Source: a cyanobacterium endosymbiont of Epithemia turgida isolate EtSB Lake Yunoko (lineage in GTDB: Bacteria > Cyanobacteriota > Cyanobacteriia > Cyanobacteriales > Microcystaceae). From it: DNA of 32,000 nucleotides. Where the stretch lies: the NCBI RefSeq assembly GCF_000829235.1, contig NZ_AP012549.1, positions 750,001-782,000 of the forward strand, given 5' to 3'. Below, piece after piece: positions 30,666 to 32,000 of the stretch; the first letter of the stretch is position 1, and the number at the start of each line of letters is the position of its first letter. Position numbers and translations under genes: made by a program. Below the pieces are notes generated by a model that saw only the letters and a list, made by a program, of their open reading frames with translations, was not told the DNA's origin and did no database searches.

Positions 30666-30756
30666 TCACCATATTACTCCGCTTTATACGGAGCCTGCCT
30701 GCTAGTAACTGTTGGTTAATCAGCGACTTTATAGGAGAAATTCACCTTAAGCAATA

Positions 30757-31158
30757 ATGGCACCTAACGACACTATCTCAGATATGCTAACTCGCATCCG
30801 CAATGCTTGTGCCGTCCGGCATTCTACCACCCAAGTGCCGACCACAAAAATGACCCGTAGCATTGCTCAAGTTCTCAAAAAAGAGGGCTTCATTGAAGAC
30901 TTCGAAGAAACAGGAGAAGGAGTGAAACAATTTCTTCTCCTGACTCTCAAGTACAAAGACAAAAGCCGTCAACCCATTATTAGTATGCTTAAGCGGGCAA
31001 GTAAACCAGGGCTACGAGTCTACTCTAAGCGAAAAGACTTGCCTCGAGTACTTGGCGGCATTGGTATTGCAATCATTTCTACCTCCAAAGGAGTTATGAC
31101 TGACCGAGAAGCAAGACGTCAAAACGTGGGTGGCGAAATTTTATGCTACATCTGGTAG
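30757..31158 (+). CDS. rpsH: 30S ribosomal protein S8
   Basis: [45 protein letters not shown]...GGEILCYIW. Confidence 0.96.
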   Translation: MAPNDTISDMLTRIRNACAVRHSTTQVPTTKMTRSIAQVLKKEGFIEDFEETGEGVKQFLLLTLKYKDKSRQPIISMLKRASKPGLRVYSKRKDLPRVLGGIGIAIISTSKGVMTDREARRQNVGGEILCYIW

Positions 31159-31164
31159 CGTTTT

Positions 31165-31199
31165 CAGTAAATAGTAAATAAGAACTGATAACTGGTAAT
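31165..31199 (+). repeat. heptad tandem repeat in the rpsH-rplF spacer (CAGTAAA TAGTAAA TAAGAAC TGATAAC TGGTAAT)
   Basis: There are five consecutive heptads at 31165..31199, ending 7 nt before the rplF ATG. Confidence 0.8.
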
Positions 31200-31206
31200 T
31201 AAACCT

Positions 31207-31755
31207 ATGTCTCGTATTGGTAAACGCCCCATTCTCATTCCTAATAAAGTCACTATTGAGATTAACGGGCAATATGTGGCAGCTAAAGGACCTAAAGGAT
31301 CGTTGGATCTCACCCTTTCGGAAAAAATCAAAGTATTTCAAGAGTCGGACACCCTGGTGATAGAACGAGCTGATAATTCTCGGACTGCAAAAGAGCGTCA
31401 CGGACTTAGCCGCACTCTTATTGCCAATATGGTTGAGGGAGTATTTAAAGGCTTTGAAAAACGTCTCAGTATCCAAGGGGTCGGCTATCGAGCTCAAACC
31501 CAAGGAAGTAAAATTATTCTGAATGTAGGCTACAGTAAACCCGTTGAAATGATTGTACCTCAAGGCATTCAAGTCGTAGTTGAAAACAACACTCAAGTGG
31601 TGGTTAGTGGCATCGATAAAGAAATTGTGGGCAACGTTGCAGCCCAGATTCGTGCTGTCCGTCCCCCAGAAGTTTATAAAGGCAAAGGCATTCGCTATCT
31701 GGGCGAGTTTGTCAGACGTAAGGCAGGTAAGGCAGGTAAGGCAGGTAAAAAATAA
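31207..31755 (+). CDS. rplF: 50S ribosomal protein L6
   Basis: [33 protein letters not shown]...[19 protein letters not shown]. The C-terminus carries the AGK x3 repeat. Confidence 0.96.
   Translation: MSRIGKRPILIPNKVTIEINGQYVAAKGPKGSLDLTLSEKIKVFQESDTLVIERADNSRTAKERHGLSRTLIANMVEGVFKGFEKRLSIQGVGYRAQTQGSKIILNVGYSKPVEMIVPQGIQVVVENNTQVVVSGIDKEIVGNVAAQIRAVRPPEVYKGKGIRYLGEFVRRKAGKAGKAGKK
31718..31748 (+). repeat. in-frame 9-bp tandem repeat (GTAAGGCAG x3 plus a partial copy) at the 3' end of rplF
   Basis: GTAAGGCAG occurs at 31718..31726, 31727..31735 and 31736..31744, followed by GTAA. It encodes [11 protein letters not shown]. Confidence 0.9.
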
Positions 31756-31757
31756 AT

Positions 31758-32000
31758 ATGAAACTTACGCGTAGACAATCAGCTCAACGTCGCCATCGGC
31801 GGATTCGCAAAAAAGTCAGCGGCACGACTGAGTGCCCCCGTCTGGCAATTTTCCGTTCCAATCAGCATATCTATGCTCAAGTTATTGATGATATAGCTCA
31901 GCAAACTTTAGCCGCCGCCTCGACCTTAGAACTAGATTTAAGACAATCTTTGTCTTCAGGGGCTAATTGTGAAGCATCAGTCGCAGTAGGCAAATTGATT
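31758..32000 (+). CDS. rplR: 50S ribosomal protein L18 (3' end truncated by the window edge)
   Basis: Hand translation from the ATG at 31758 gives [58 protein letters not shown]..., a typical L18 N-terminus. The frame is still open at 32000. Confidence 0.9.
   Translation, partial: MKLTRRQSAQRRHRRIRKKVSGTTECPRLAIFRSNQHIYAQVIDDIAQQTLAAASTLELDLRQSLSSGANCEASVAVGKLI

Noticed and set aside
24177-31158. Absence of rpsJ upstream of rplC and of rpsN between rplE and rpsH, considered as possible gene losses.
   Set aside because: This is the normal cyanobacterial and plastid arrangement. S10 sits in the str/tufA operon and S14 is encoded elsewhere, so neither absence is an anomaly.
24498-31774. Track ORFs overlapping the ribosomal-protein genes in other frames or antisense: 24498..24728-, 25499..25771-, 26697..27083+, 27556..27771+, 27801..28094-, 28499..28747-, 29372..29899-, 30787..30972-, 31141..31596-, 31580..31774+.
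   Set aside because: Each lies wholly within or across strongly supported r-protein CDSs. They have no recognisable homology and odd composition (Ser/Leu/Asn-rich or low complexity), and are typical shadow ORFs.

Overview
This window reads as an AT-rich cyanobacterial chromosome segment undergoing reductive evolution. I found no novel multi-gene system, defence island, CRISPR array, tRNA, rRNA or intact mobile element.

**Intact genes.** These are core housekeeping genes:
- cyAbrB-type regulator
- CPBP/CAAX membrane protease
- pdhA
- the J-domain division protein ZipN/Ftn2 (ARC6 homologue)
- rpsU
- SUI1/YciH
- hisC
- htpG
- dusA
- from 24177 to the window end, the cyanobacterial-type large ribosomal-protein operon: rplC-rplD-rplW-rplB-rpsS-rplV-rpsC-rplP-rpmC-rpsQ-rplN-rplX-rplE-rpsH-rplF-rplR (rplR is cut by the window edge)

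**Decayed sequence between them.**
- An sdhB pseudogene (226..943, minus strand) has a lost start codon, frameshifts, in-frame stops and lost Fe-S cysteines.
- A cytosine-deaminase (codA-like) pseudogene (11405..12681) has an out-of-frame internal deletion and a nonsense codon.
- A 1.5 kb gap (9899..11404) contains only stop-riddled, protein-like frames.
- Four gene-free, extremely AT-rich deserts of 1.4 to 2.6 kb lie at 3015..4712, 12682..14463, 19202..20604 and 21601..24176.

Only a little over half of the window is intact coding sequence. Taken together, this fits best a Cyanothece/Crocosphaera-lineage obligate endosymbiont, of the diatom spheroid-body or UCYN-A type. That assignment is inference only.

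**Observations worth follow-up.**
1. The cyanobacterial HIP1 octamer GCGATCGC is absent. Its single-transition derivative GTGATCGC/GCGATCAC occurs five times, which is the product expected from deamination of m5C in the CGATCG core.
2. One heptad repeat family (TAACTAT / TGATAAC and rotations) fills at least five intercistronic spacers of the r-protein operon. It sits directly upstream of start codons that lack a Shine-Dalgarno sequence.
3. Several long perfect inverted repeats are not explained as terminators. They include a 21-bp-stem palindrome in the divergent pdhA/zipN spacer.
4. The 2.6 kb divergent spacer upstream of rplC contains one perfect DnaA-box 9-mer and an A/T skew switch. This is a weak origin hypothesis.
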